A stretch of 64,000 bases of DNA from an uncultured Gemmatimonadales bacterium. GTDB lineage: Bacteria > Gemmatimonadota > Gemmatimonadetes > Gemmatimonadales > GWC2-71-9. The number at the start of each line of letters is the position of its first letter. Position 1 is the stretch's first letter. The position numbers were made by a program, and so were the translations under genes. Location of the stretch: NCBI GenBank assembly GCA_963798915.1, contig CAWCVB010000014.1, positions 32,001-96,000 on the forward strand, written 5' to 3'. Below are positions 9,823-19,362 of this stretch, in pieces. The notes under the pieces were generated by a model that was not told where the DNA came from, did no database searches, and saw nothing but the letters and a program-made list of their open reading frames with translations.

Positions 9823-10831
9823 ACTGTTGCGCCTGCTGCCCAAGGCGGAATTGCACGTGCATCTTGACGGGTCAGTGCGTCCCGAAACCATGCTGGCGCT
9901 CGCGCGGAAGGCCGGGATATCGCTGCCGGTGGGGGAGCCCGAGGCCCTGCGGGCCTACATGCGGGTGGACGATGCCCGCGACCTGGAAGAGTACCTGGCC
10001 CGGTTCGAGCTGACGATCGCGCTCCTGCAGACGCCTGAAGCGGTCGAGCAGGTCGCCTATGAAATGTGCCAGGACGCCGCCCGGGACGGCATCTGGTACC
10101 TCGAAGTCCGCTACTGTCCGCTGCTGAGCTGCCAGGCCGGGATGGACCTGGACCAGGTCATCGCGGCCGAATGGCGCGGTCTCCAGCGCGGCGAGCGGGA
10201 CTTTGACATCACCGCCCGAATCATCTGCTGTTCGCTGCGGCAATACGACCCCGCGCTCTCGCTGGCAATTGCTCGCCATGCGGTGAGCGCGCACAGCTCG
10301 GGCGTGGTGGGGTTTGACCTGGCCGGTGGCGAGGCTGGCCGTCCACCTGGGGTGCACGCCGCGGCATTCGATGCTGCCGCGGCAGGTGGGCTGGGCATTA
10401 CGGTCCACGCCGGCGAGGCAGCTGGCGCAGACTCGGTGGCGGAAGCCATCTTCACCTGTCACGCAAACCGGATCGGGCACGGAACCCGGCTGTGGGAAGA
10501 TGCAGCCTTGCTGGCGTACGTGCGGGACCGGCGGATCTGCGTGGAGACCAACATCACGAGCAATATCCAGACACGCGCCGTGGCGGATGCCGCGTCGCAT
10601 CCGGTGCGGCAGTATCTCGACGCCGGGCTGAATGTGACGCTATGCACCGATAACTGGCTGATGAGCGATGTCTCCCTCAGCGGCGAGTACTACCTCGCCC
10701 ACACCGCGCTCGGGTTCACCCGCGAGGAGATTCTCCGCATGATGCTGAACGGCTTTGAAAGCGCCTTTCTGGCCTGGCCGGAGCGGAGCGTGCTCATCGA
10801 GCGGGCGCGCGCGGCGCTGGGGGTCGCATGA
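9809..10831 (+). CDS. add: adenosine deaminase
   Basis: PKAELHVHLDGS, GFDLAGGE, TVHAGE, RIGHG, TDN. Confidence 0.93.
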   Translation: MLTPELLRLLPKAELHVHLDGSVRPETMLALARKAGISLPVGEPEALRAYMRVDDARDLEEYLARFELTIALLQTPEAVEQVAYEMCQDAARDGIWYLEVRYCPLLSCQAGMDLDQVIAAEWRGLQRGERDFDITARIICCSLRQYDPALSLAIARHAVSAHSSGVVGFDLAGGEAGRPPGVHAAAFDAAAAGGLGITVHAGEAAGADSVAEAIFTCHANRIGHGTRLWEDAALLAYVRDRRICVETNITSNIQTRAVADAASHPVRQYLDAGLNVTLCTDNWLMSDVSLSGEYYLAHTALGFTREEILRMMLNGFESAFLAWPERSVLIERARAALGVA

Positions 10832-12222
10832 GCATGCTCCTGCTGTTGCAGGCGGCGGCCGACAGCACCATGACGGCGGCCCAGCGACTGGCTGCCGCCC
10901 ACGCTGATCTGTCAGTCCCCCTGGGCGAGCGACTGGTGGGCCTCCTCGGCGTGGCCGTGATGATCGGGCTCGCCGTGCTGCTCAGCTACGACCGGCGAAA
11001 GATCCAGTGGCGTCTGGTCGGCATCGGCCTCGCGCTCCAGTTCACGTTCGGATTCATCGTCCTCAAGACCCGGCCCGGCCGGGCATTTTTTGACTTCATC
11101 GGCCGCATCGTCACTGGGCTCCTGTCCTTCCAGGAGCAGGGGGCACGCTTCGTCTTTGGCAACCTGGTGCAGAACTCAGTCCCGGTCGGGATTCCGGATG
11201 CGTCGGGCGGCCTCAACGCCAGCGCGGGGTATGTGGCCAGCACCGGGTCATTCTTCGCGTTCAACGTGCTGCCAACGATCATCTTTTTCTGCGCCCTGAT
11301 GTCGGTGCTGTATTACCTCAACATCATGCAGACGATCGTGAAGGCGATCGCCTGGGTCATGCAGAAAACGCTTGGCACATCCGGCGCCGAGACCCTTTCT
11401 GCCTCCGGCAACATCTTCCTGGGCCAGACGGAGGCGCCGCTGCTGATCAAGCCGTTCGTCGGCACCATGACCGAGTCCGAGCTGATGACGGTCATGGTCG
11501 GAGGATTCGCCACGGTGGCGGGTGGCGTACTGGCTGCCTACGTGGGGATGCTGTCCGGCTATTTCCCCAACATCGCGAGTCACCTGCTGGCGGCCAGCGT
11601 CATGAATGCGCCCGCCGGCCTCTTCTTGTCCAAGATCATCCGGCCGGAGGTGGGCGTGCCGCTGACCAGGGGCAAGCTCGAACTCACGATCGAGAAGACC
11701 GATACCGGGGTGATTGAAGCTGCGGCCAGTGGTGCCGCGCAGGGCGTGCAGCTGGCCATCAACGTGGGCGCCATGCTCATGGCATTTGTTGCGCTCGTGG
11801 CCATGCTCAATTTCGGCATTGGCTGGGCTGGCAGCCTCCTGGGGCATCCGGCGCTGAGCCTGCAAGGCGTCCTCGGGTACCTGCTGCGCCCGCTCGCCTG
11901 GGTCATGGGCGTTCCCTGGCATGATACCGCATATGTCGGTGGCCTCATCGGCATCAAGGCCACGCTGAACGAGTTCGTGGCCTACGCACAATTCGCAGGG
12001 GACATGGCGCACGGAGTCGCGCTGTCGTCGCGCAGCGCCGTCATCGTGACGTATGCGCTGCTCGGCTTCGCCAACTTCTCATCCATTGCGATCCAGATTG
12101 GCGGGATCGGCGGCCTTGCGCCTGAGCGCCGTGGTGAGATCGCCAGGTTTGGGCTGCGGGCGATGATCGCGGGCAACCTTGCCGCGTTCACATCAGCCGC
12201 CATTGCGGGAGTGCTGCTGTGA
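10828..12222 (+). CDS. nupC: concentrative nucleoside transporter (NupC)
   Basis: FAFNVLPTIIFF, GQTEAPL, GGFATVAGGV, NEFVAY, GFANFSSIAIQIGG. Confidence 0.92.
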   Translation: MSMLLLLQAAADSTMTAAQRLAAAHADLSVPLGERLVGLLGVAVMIGLAVLLSYDRRKIQWRLVGIGLALQFTFGFIVLKTRPGRAFFDFIGRIVTGLLSFQEQGARFVFGNLVQNSVPVGIPDASGGLNASAGYVASTGSFFAFNVLPTIIFFCALMSVLYYLNIMQTIVKAIAWVMQKTLGTSGAETLSASGNIFLGQTEAPLLIKPFVGTMTESELMTVMVGGFATVAGGVLAAYVGMLSGYFPNIASHLLAASVMNAPAGLFLSKIIRPEVGVPLTRGKLELTIEKTDTGVIEAAASGAAQGVQLAINVGAMLMAFVALVAMLNFGIGWAGSLLGHPALSLQGVLGYLLRPLAWVMGVPWHDTAYVGGLIGIKATLNEFVAYAQFAGDMAHGVALSSRSAVIVTYALLGFANFSSIAIQIGGIGGLAPERRGEIARFGLRAMIAGNLAAFTSAAIAGVLL

Positions 12223-13040
12223 CCGGCAGCGACGCCGTGCAGCGGGCCGTCGCCGCCCTGCGTGATCAGCTCGGCGGTTTTGAGGCGGAAATCGCCATCG
12301 TGCTCGGTTCCGGCCTGGGTGGTTTTGCCGCCCGCGCCAGCGATTCCCACTCGGTTTCCTATCGTCATATTCCCGGATTTCCCGAGCCCACCGTGCAGGG
12401 CCACGCGGGGCAGCTGGTCGCCGGCATCATCGGTGGCCGGCGCGTGCTACTGCAAAGCGGACGATTCCACATGTACGAGGGGCACTCCGCCGAGCTCTCG
12501 GCCCTTCCAGTCCGGGTCTTCGCCGAGCTGGGCATTGGTACGCTCGTGATCACCAACGCCGCCGGCGGAATCCGTCCGTCGTTTGCCGCGGGCACCCTGA
12601 TGCTCATTACTGATCACCTGAATCTTACGGGACGAAATCCGCTCGTCGGTAATGTGCTGCCGCGCGAGGAGCGCTTTCCCGATATGACAATGGCCTATGA
12701 CCTGGAGCTGCGGGCCCTGGCCCGGGCGATCGCCCAGGAGCAGGACATTGCGCTGGAAGAGGGTGTCTATGCCGGGCTTCTCGGCCCCAATTACGAGACG
12801 CCAGCGGAGGTGAGGATGCTGCGGGGGCTCGGTGCGGACGCGGTCGGCATGTCGACGGTCGTGGAAGTCATTGCTGCGCGGGCTCGCGGCATGCGATGCC
12901 TTGGCATCTCCACGGTGACCAACCTGGCAGCCGGCGTCGGCGACGACGTACTGTCGCATGCCGAGGTGATGGAAACGGCCGAGTTGGTAGAGGAAAAGCT
13001 GGGCCGGCTGGTCGAAGGGATCGTCACTCGGGCGGCCTGA
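12219..13040 (+). CDS. punA: purine nucleoside phosphorylase (trimeric type)
   Basis: VLGSGLG, GRFHMYEG, TNAAGG, GPNYETPAE, VGMST. Confidence 0.92.
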   Translation: MTGSDAVQRAVAALRDQLGGFEAEIAIVLGSGLGGFAARASDSHSVSYRHIPGFPEPTVQGHAGQLVAGIIGGRRVLLQSGRFHMYEGHSAELSALPVRVFAELGIGTLVITNAAGGIRPSFAAGTLMLITDHLNLTGRNPLVGNVLPREERFPDMTMAYDLELRALARAIAQEQDIALEEGVYAGLLGPNYETPAEVRMLRGLGADAVGMSTVVEVIAARARGMRCLGISTVTNLAAGVGDDVLSHAEVMETAELVEEKLGRLVEGIVTRAA

Positions 13041-13043
13041 GTT

Positions 13044-13829
13044 TCAGTGCGCAGATACCGAGTGGTCGAGCGGCGGATGGCCACGGCCAAGGGCGGGAGC
13101 GGCCTGCATCGCACGGGTGACATAGCGCAGCGCATCGTCCACTGCGGCAAGGAGAGGCTTGCCCAGGGCCAGGTCGGCAGTAATGGCGGCGGAGAGGGTG
13201 CACCCGGTACCATGCGCGCCCGGGATGTTGAGGCGCGGGCGCGTGAAGCGGCGCGTTCCGTCGGGCGTGACAAGTACGTCGGTGACGATGTCGCCATCGA
13301 GGTGGCCGCCCTTGACCAGCGCGGCGGACGCCCCAAGCTCGAGCAGCGCCCGGCCGGCACGTTCCATGGCGCTCGCGTCGCGCACTTCCTGGCCCAGCAG
13401 GATCTCCGCCTCTTCGAGATTCGGCGTGACCAGTGCGGCCAGCGGCAGCAGGTCGTCACGGATGACGGTTTCGGCGGCCTTTGTGAGCAGGCGATCGCCG
13501 GACGACGCCACCATGACCGGGTCCACCACCAGGGCACCCCAGGCCTGCTCGGCGGCCACCTGCACCACGACGCGCGCCAGCGTCTCGTCCGCCAGCATAC
13601 CGGTCTTCACGGCGTCGGGCGGCAGGTCGTTGACCAGGGCCGCCAGCTGTGCCATGAGGAAGCCGGCCGGCACCGCGTGCACGGCGGACACGCCCAGCGT
13701 ATTCTGCGCCGTCAATGCGGTGACAGCCGTGGTGCCGTGGACGCCGAACTGGTGGAAGGTCTTGAGGTCGGCCTGAATACCGGCGCCGCCGCCGGAGTCC
13801 GAACCGGCAATGCTCAAGGCAATCTTCAC
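13044..13829 (-). CDS. thiD: HMP/HMP-P kinase
   Basis: IAGSDSGGGAGIQADLKT, TPNLEEA, KGGH, HGTGCTLS. Confidence 0.95.
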   Translation of the reverse strand: MKIALSIAGSDSGGGAGIQADLKTFHQFGVHGTTAVTALTAQNTLGVSAVHAVPAGFLMAQLAALVNDLPPDAVKTGMLADETLARVVVQVAAEQAWGALVVDPVMVASSGDRLLTKAAETVIRDDLLPLAALVTPNLEEAEILLGQEVRDASAMERAGRALLELGASAALVKGGHLDGDIVTDVLVTPDGTRRFTRPRLNIPGAHGTGCTLSAAITADLALGKPLLAAVDDALRYVTRAMQAAPALGRGHPPLDHSVSAH

Positions 13830-14647
13830 GGCGTCTTGACCTCCTTCGGTGCAGGCGGCATGGCCTTCAGTCTGCTCCGGAGCGACGTGAACGCCGACAG
13901 GTCGCTGCGGCCGGTCCGAACCGCGGCCCTCGCGCCCGGCACCTCATCAATGTAGCGGTCAAGGTTCTGCAACCGCTCGGACGTGGACGGGTGGGACGAG
14001 AACCAGAGCTCGACCTTGCTGGGTTCCTGCTGCTGGAGCGACTCCAGCGTCTCGAACTCTCGCTTGAGCCCCTCGGGATCGATATTGGCCCGGGTGGTGT
14101 AAACCACTGCCATCGAGTCGGCTTCCCGCTCGTCGTCGCGGGAGAACTTTGCGAAGATTGCGCCGCCGGCAATGTTCACCGCGACCGCTTCGGCGTCGCC
14201 GGGCTGGCGGCCGAGCAGGATGTAGGCGAGGGTCAGCCCCGTGTTCGCGGCGCCGACCTGTCCCATCTGCTCGGCGGAATGGCGCAGGTCCACGTGGCCG
14301 ATCTCGTGCGCCACCGCGCCGGCGAACTCGTCCCAGTGGCTGGCCCGCTCCACCAGCCCGCGGAAGACATAAATGTGGCCGCCAGGCAGGGCAAAGGCAT
14401 TGACCTGGTCCGAGTTGATGACATCAAAGGTCCAGTTCAGATCCTGCCGTTGGGCCACGCGCTTCAGTGGCGCAACTGAACTGTTCAGGGCCGAGACGAT
14501 GGCGCCATCGTGAATGACCGGCATGGTGCGCTCGACCTCGGCCGCCGCCTGGTCACCAGTCTGGACTTCCTGCTGGACGCTCGGAGTACAGGCGGACAAT
14601 AGCGCGAACGCAGTCAGTGCACTCGCAGGATGAAAGAAGCGCGGCAT
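13826..14647 (-). CDS. M48 family metallopeptidase lipoprotein
   Basis: LSAC lipobox; VNAFALPGG, HEIGH, FSRDDEREAD, SHP; GGGAG upstream of ATG 14647. Confidence 0.9.
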   Translation of the reverse strand: MPRFFHPASALTAFALLSACTPSVQQEVQTGDQAAAEVERTMPVIHDGAIVSALNSSVAPLKRVAQRQDLNWTFDVINSDQVNAFALPGGHIYVFRGLVERASHWDEFAGAVAHEIGHVDLRHSAEQMGQVGAANTGLTLAYILLGRQPGDAEAVAVNIAGGAIFAKFSRDDEREADSMAVVYTTRANIDPEGLKREFETLESLQQQEPSKVELWFSSHPSTSERLQNLDRYIDEVPGARAAVRTGRSDLSAFTSLRSRLKAMPPAPKEVKTP

Positions 14648-15413
14648 GGGCAGCTCCCTGGTTACCATGATTCGTGACCTGCATCTCAAGCGCGGCCGGG
14701 AACGGCGTGGCCTGACGCTGGCAGAGGGCGTGCGCCTGGTCGAAGAAGCGCGCGCGGCGGGACTCGAGATCCGCGGTGCCATGGTCGGCCCGGCGCTGGA
14801 GGCGACCGCACGAGGCAAATCGCTCAAGGCGGCACTGGTTTCTGCCGGTGTCGAGATGCATGAGGTGCCCTCCGACGCGCTGCGCGAGCTGGCGGAAACG
14901 GAGCACCCACAGGGAATTATTGCGGTTATCAGCCCAACGCGCTGGAGTCTGGATCACATCACCATGCGGACGCATGACACGGTGCTGGCTCTGGATGGCG
15001 TGCAGGACCCCGGCAATGTGGGCACGCTGGCCAGGACCGCGCTGGGCCTGGGAGCACGCGGCCTCGTGGCGTTGCCGGGCACGGCCGAACTCACCAATCC
15101 CAAGGTGCTACGCTCCGCCATGGGCGCCACGTTTCGTTTCCCGTGCGTCTCGGCAAGCATCGCTGCCTTTGCGGAATGGGCGTCTGCCCAGGACGTGCGT
15201 ACATGGGTGGCCGCGGCTGATGGGGAGCCGGTTCGAGGCGCCAGCCGGCCTGACCGGCTGGCCCTGGTGGTCGGGAATGAAGGTGCCGGCGTGTCGGATA
15301 CCCTGCGGGGCAGCGCGGCGCGCGCCGTGGCGATTCCGCTCAAGGACGGAGCCGAGTCGCTCAACGTGGCCGCCGCGGCGGCCATCCTCCTGTACGAGGT
15401 GACGCGTGACTGA
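14646..15413 (+). CDS. TrmH/SpoU-family RNA methyltransferase
   Basis: DGVQDPGNVGT, GNEGAG, ESLNVA. Confidence 0.92.
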   Translation: MGSSLVTMIRDLHLKRGRERRGLTLAEGVRLVEEARAAGLEIRGAMVGPALEATARGKSLKAALVSAGVEMHEVPSDALRELAETEHPQGIIAVISPTRWSLDHITMRTHDTVLALDGVQDPGNVGTLARTALGLGARGLVALPGTAELTNPKVLRSAMGATFRFPCVSASIAAFAEWASAQDVRTWVAAADGEPVRGASRPDRLALVVGNEGAGVSDTLRGSAARAVAIPLKDGAESLNVAAAAAILLYEVTRD

Positions 15414-16188
15414 TCTGCCCCGCTGGTTTGCCATCCTGCTGGCTGGCGTCGTCGGGCTCGTGCTCGGCAGCTTCCTGAATGTCTGCATTGTCCGCTGGGG
15501 GGCAGAGCCCAAGCAGTCGGTGGTGCGGCCTCGCTCGCGCTGTCCCCGCTGCGGCACCACACTTCGTGCCCGGGACAACGTCCCAGTGGTGTCGTGGCTC
15601 ATGCTGCGCGGCCGCTGCCATGGGTGCGGCCTCTCGATCTCATGGATGTATCCGCTGGTGGAACTGGCCAGCGGCCTGCTGTGGGCCGGCATGGCCTGGA
15701 GACTGGGGCTGACCTTGCATGCCCTCGAAGGCGCCGTCTTCTTCTCGATTCTCCTTGGCATCGCGCTCACCGACCTTCGCAACTACATCATCCCTGACGA
15801 ATTCACGCTGGGTGGGCTGGTGATCGGTCTCGGACTTGCGCTGGCAGGCGGCGTTCCGACGCTGGGCCGCGCGCTGCTCGGCGCCGCCGTCGGGTTTGGC
15901 ACGCTCTGGCTGGTGGGCTGGGCCGGATCCGCGCTGTTCCGGAAAGAGGCCATGGGTGGAGGCGATATCAAGATGATGGCGATGGTGGGCGCCTTCACCG
16001 GCTGGATGGGCGTGCTTCTCAGCATCTTCCTGGGGGCGATCATCGCCGTGCTCATCTTCATCCCGATTCTCTTCATCCGGCGGGACAAGTTGGTGCCATT
16101 CGGCATCTTTCTCGCGCTGGGCGCGGCCGTGACCTGGCTCGCAGGCGCGGACATTATCGGATGGTATCGCGGGATGGTGGGCCTGTGA
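15406..16188 (+). CDS. pilD: prepilin peptidase
   Basis: GSFLNVCI, SRCPRC, GRCHGC, MGGGDIKM, VPFGIFL. Confidence 0.93.
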   Translation: MTDLPRWFAILLAGVVGLVLGSFLNVCIVRWGAEPKQSVVRPRSRCPRCGTTLRARDNVPVVSWLMLRGRCHGCGLSISWMYPLVELASGLLWAGMAWRLGLTLHALEGAVFFSILLGIALTDLRNYIIPDEFTLGGLVIGLGLALAGGVPTLGRALLGAAVGFGTLWLVGWAGSALFRKEAMGGGDIKMMAMVGAFTGWMGVLLSIFLGAIIAVLIFIPILFIRRDKLVPFGIFLALGAAVTWLAGADIIGWYRGMVGL

Positions 16189-17390
16189 GGCGGCTGGCGC
16201 TCGCGCTGCTGGTGACATGCCTGGCCTGCCGGGGCGAGCCGGCCAATCGCACGTCCGGCGAGGCGCGGCTGGCTCAGATGATGGACAGTCTGACCCCCGC
16301 GGTGGAACAGGCGGTCGGGCTCAGCTTCAAGACCCCGCCGCGCTCGGCCGTGCGCACCCGCGCCGAAGTGCGCCGCTACCTGATCAACAAGCTGGATGAG
16401 GAGTTGACCCCGCAACGGGCCGGGGGTGTGGAGGCGACCTACCATCTCCTGGGGATGATGCCCGACAGCGTGGACCTGCGTTCGCTGCTGCTTGACCTCC
16501 TCACCGAGCAGGTCGTCGGATTCTACGACGCTGACTCGGCGATGTTCTTTGGCGTGGCTGGCGCACCGCAGGAACAGCTCGGCGTAACCGTGGCACACGA
16601 GATGGTGCACGCGCTCCAGGGTCAGTACCTCGCCCTCGATTCGATGCTTCGCGCTCGCGGCGACAACGATCGGGCGACAGCGGCGCAGGCCATCCTCGAG
16701 GGCCAGGCGATGGTGGCCTCGATCCAGGTCATGGCGCCCTCACATGACGTGCTGCATGATGACGCCATCTGGTCGATGCTCAAGGCGCAGACCCGCCAGG
16801 CGCAGAATACCATGCCGCAGTTTGGCGCCGCTCCGCTGGTGGTGCGCGAAGGTCTGATCTTCCCCTATGTGGAAGGCGCGCTCTTCATGCAATGGTGGGA
16901 GACTCGATCAGGTCACGCGGATACCGTCCCGTTCGGCGCGCGCATGCCTCGCTCGAGTGAGCAGATCCTGCACCCGGACCGGTACGCCAAGGGCGACGAG
17001 CCGCTGCGGATCGGCATCGCCGCGGTGCCGGGCGACTCGGTGCTGCATGAGGACAACCTGGGCGAACTCGAGACCACGCTGCTGGGTGCAGTGCTGGCCG
17101 GGCGGAACGACCCTTCCTATGATCCGGCACTGGGCTGGGGCGGCGACCGATATCGCGTGGTCGCCACATCGGATGGGCCGGCGCTGGTCTGGTACCTGGT
17201 CTTCGATGACCCGGCGTCAGCCGCGCGATTCGATGCAGGCACCGGGGCACTGCTCCGGAAACGGCAGCGGAAGGGCTATCGGGCCGATTTCACCATGCTG
17301 GACATCAGTGGCCACCGTGCGGCACGATTCGTCATGGCGCCGGTGGCGTGGCCGGGATGGAAAGCTCTCCCGGGAGCATCTATCCCATAG
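16185..17390 (+). CDS. lipoprotein, putative zinc metallopeptidase
   Basis: GTG 16185 overlaps pilD stop; CLAC lipobox; AHEMVHALQ...EGQA. Confidence 0.75.
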   Translation: MRRLALALLVTCLACRGEPANRTSGEARLAQMMDSLTPAVEQAVGLSFKTPPRSAVRTRAEVRRYLINKLDEELTPQRAGGVEATYHLLGMMPDSVDLRSLLLDLLTEQVVGFYDADSAMFFGVAGAPQEQLGVTVAHEMVHALQGQYLALDSMLRARGDNDRATAAQAILEGQAMVASIQVMAPSHDVLHDDAIWSMLKAQTRQAQNTMPQFGAAPLVVREGLIFPYVEGALFMQWWETRSGHADTVPFGARMPRSSEQILHPDRYAKGDEPLRIGIAAVPGDSVLHEDNLGELETTLLGAVLAGRNDPSYDPALGWGGDRYRVVATSDGPALVWYLVFDDPASAARFDAGTGALLRKRQRKGYRADFTMLDISGHRAARFVMAPVAWPGWKALPGASIP

Positions 17391-17479
17391 GGATGCCTGG
17401 CCGAATGCCAGGCCTCTCGCGGCCGCGGCGTCACCAGGCGCTGCCGTTCGCTCCACCCGCTTCGTTGGTATTTCCGGCC

Positions 17480-17560
17480 ACCGCTCACCGATGCGCCCGC
17501 TGATACGGCGGCCCGCTTGCCCGAGTTTGCGGAGCCGCCGAGCCGCCGAGCCGCCGAGCT
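17480..17560. repeat. degenerate 8-nt tandem run ending in (GAGCCGCC)3
   Basis: Exact GAGCCGCC x3 at 17532-17555, preceded by decayed octamers; between convergent genes. Confidence 0.6.
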
Positions 17561-17561
17561 C

Positions 17562-19124
17562 TCACCGCATCAGCATGTTCACTCCGAACGCGGCTGCTCC
17601 CACGATCGCGCCGAGCAGATAGCCCAGGCGGACGATCAGGGTGAGCTCCTTCTGCGTCACGTTGCGCACAATCTCTTCCATACGCTGGGTCGAAAAGCCG
17701 CGCACCTTCTGCTCCACCATGTCCTGCACATTGAGCTGCTGCACAATGCGGGGAATTTCCTGCTGCACCCAGCCCCAGGCGGCGCGTGCGATCCCGTCCC
17801 GGAGTTTCTGCCCTGTATCGTCACTGAGCCAGCGGCCTGGGCGGCCCACCGGTCGCGAGAGCAACCGCTCAATGACCTGCGCCACGCTGTCGCTGATCCA
17901 GCGCTGGCCCCGCTCCCCCGTAATCACCTCCCGCGCCAGTGCGACTGCGCGCTCGCGCGGGATCAGCCCGACGGCGTCGCCCCAGGTGCGCCGTTCCACC
18001 ACCCCCATGAGACGGTCCGCAGCGCGCGCCACCGCATCGCGGGTGGCATCGTCACGGACCACACGAACCAGCCAGTCACCCAGGGTAATCTCGAGCGCGT
18101 CCCGTTTCTCGGCCGTGAGCCGCTCGAATCGCTGCGCCAGCGGCATCCGGAGAAAATTGACCACGGCGTCGTTCACGGCGCGCGTGACCTGCGCCTTCAT
18201 GCCCGGTTCGGCCAGCGCCGCAGCGAACTTGTCAAATCCCTCGGCTTCGAAGCCGTCCACCAGGCGCTCGATGGTCCGATCAGTCACCACGAGCTTGGCG
18301 AGAATCCGTTCGTGCAACAGCAGGTCGCGCACCGAGTGGTCAAAGGCATCGCGCAGGGCTCGCTCGATGCGGTTACGCGCCACGGGATCGCTCAGCAGCG
18401 CGCTGAGGCGCTCGAGCGCCATCGGCAGGTAGTCGGTGATGGCGCTCTCGACCGTGCCAATGAGGCCGTGCGGCAGCCGATCCAGCAATGGCGTCTGATC
18501 GTTCGCCATCGCTTCGAGCCGCTCATGCACCCATCGCCTGAGCGTTGCCTCCAGATCGTCATGCTCCGCCAGAGTGCCGACCCACTCGCGGACTTTGGCG
18601 CTGATGCGATCGCGCCGGCCCTCGCCGAGCGCGCCGCTGATCGGCTGATCTCCCACCTGCCGGGCCACGCCATCCAGGAAATTCTGAATCAGCTGACCAA
18701 AGTCGTCCGATGCCGCCCATTTGCCCACTCGGCCGGCCACAGCTGGTGCGACGCCTGCCAGGGCGCCCTCGACGGCGACGATCAGGTCAGGGCCCAGTTC
18801 CTCGCGAAGCGGCCCGCGCTCCTTTTCCAGCAGGTTCTCGAGCACGCCACCGAGCGCGCGGGCAAAGGCCTCCTGTACCTGGGGCGCGGCGAGTCGGGCG
18901 GTCAGGTCCTCAGGCGTGAGAAGACGCTCGCCTACCGTGCGACCGATGCTCTTGGCCAGGCGTTCCTTGTTCTTGGGGATGGCACCGTGCAGCGTGAAGC
19001 GCCAGAAACCTCGGCGCTCGTAGGGATGAAACAGCATCCAGATGGCGATCGCATTGGTCACGCCGCCGGAAATCGCACCGACACCGACAGTCACGGCGCC
19101 GGCCAGAAGGAGCTGAGTGTCCAT
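17562..19124 (-). CDS. DUF445 family membrane protein
   Basis: GAISGGVTNAIAIWMLFHP...GAIPK at N-terminus; KELTLIVRLGYLLGAIVG at C-terminus. Confidence 0.88.
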   Translation of the reverse strand: MDTQLLLAGAVTVGVGAISGGVTNAIAIWMLFHPYERRGFWRFTLHGAIPKNKERLAKSIGRTVGERLLTPEDLTARLAAPQVQEAFARALGGVLENLLEKERGPLREELGPDLIVAVEGALAGVAPAVAGRVGKWAASDDFGQLIQNFLDGVARQVGDQPISGALGEGRRDRISAKVREWVGTLAEHDDLEATLRRWVHERLEAMANDQTPLLDRLPHGLIGTVESAITDYLPMALERLSALLSDPVARNRIERALRDAFDHSVRDLLLHERILAKLVVTDRTIERLVDGFEAEGFDKFAAALAEPGMKAQVTRAVNDAVVNFLRMPLAQRFERLTAEKRDALEITLGDWLVRVVRDDATRDAVARAADRLMGVVERRTWGDAVGLIPRERAVALAREVITGERGQRWISDSVAQVIERLLSRPVGRPGRWLSDDTGQKLRDGIARAAWGWVQQEIPRIVQQLNVQDMVEQKVRGFSTQRMEEIVRNVTQKELTLIVRLGYLLGAIVGAAAFGVNMLMR

Positions 19125-19130
19125 ATGCGG

Positions 19131-19362
19131 TGGAGGATGGGCGGGATGGGCGCGATGGGCAAGACAGGACGGGCAAGATGGGCAGGATGGGCAGGATGGG
19201 CACGTGAGCTTGTCTGACCGTCACCCCCGCGAAAGCGGGGGTCCACAACTGGCCCGTGCCTGGCGATTCATTAGGGGTGAGTCCTCATGGATTCCCGCAT
19301 GCGCGGGAATGACGATTCACAAGGCACCCGCCAATCTCGCCCATCCAGCCCATCCTGCCTCC
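19131..19362. repeat. 9-mer (GCAGGATGG) inverted arms enclosing a REP doublet
   Basis: Left arm 19131-19202; CGTCACCCCCGCGAAAGCGGGGGTCCA at 19219-19245 and inverse TGGATTCCCGCATGCGCGGGAATGACG at 19288-19314; right arm CCCATCC(A/T)GCC about 19326-19362. Confidence 0.85.

Noticed and set aside
17517..19217. Long antisense ORFs (also 29824-31401, 8534-9517, 58764-59813)
   Set aside because: Shadows of real genes in high-GC DNA, with no recognisable motifs.
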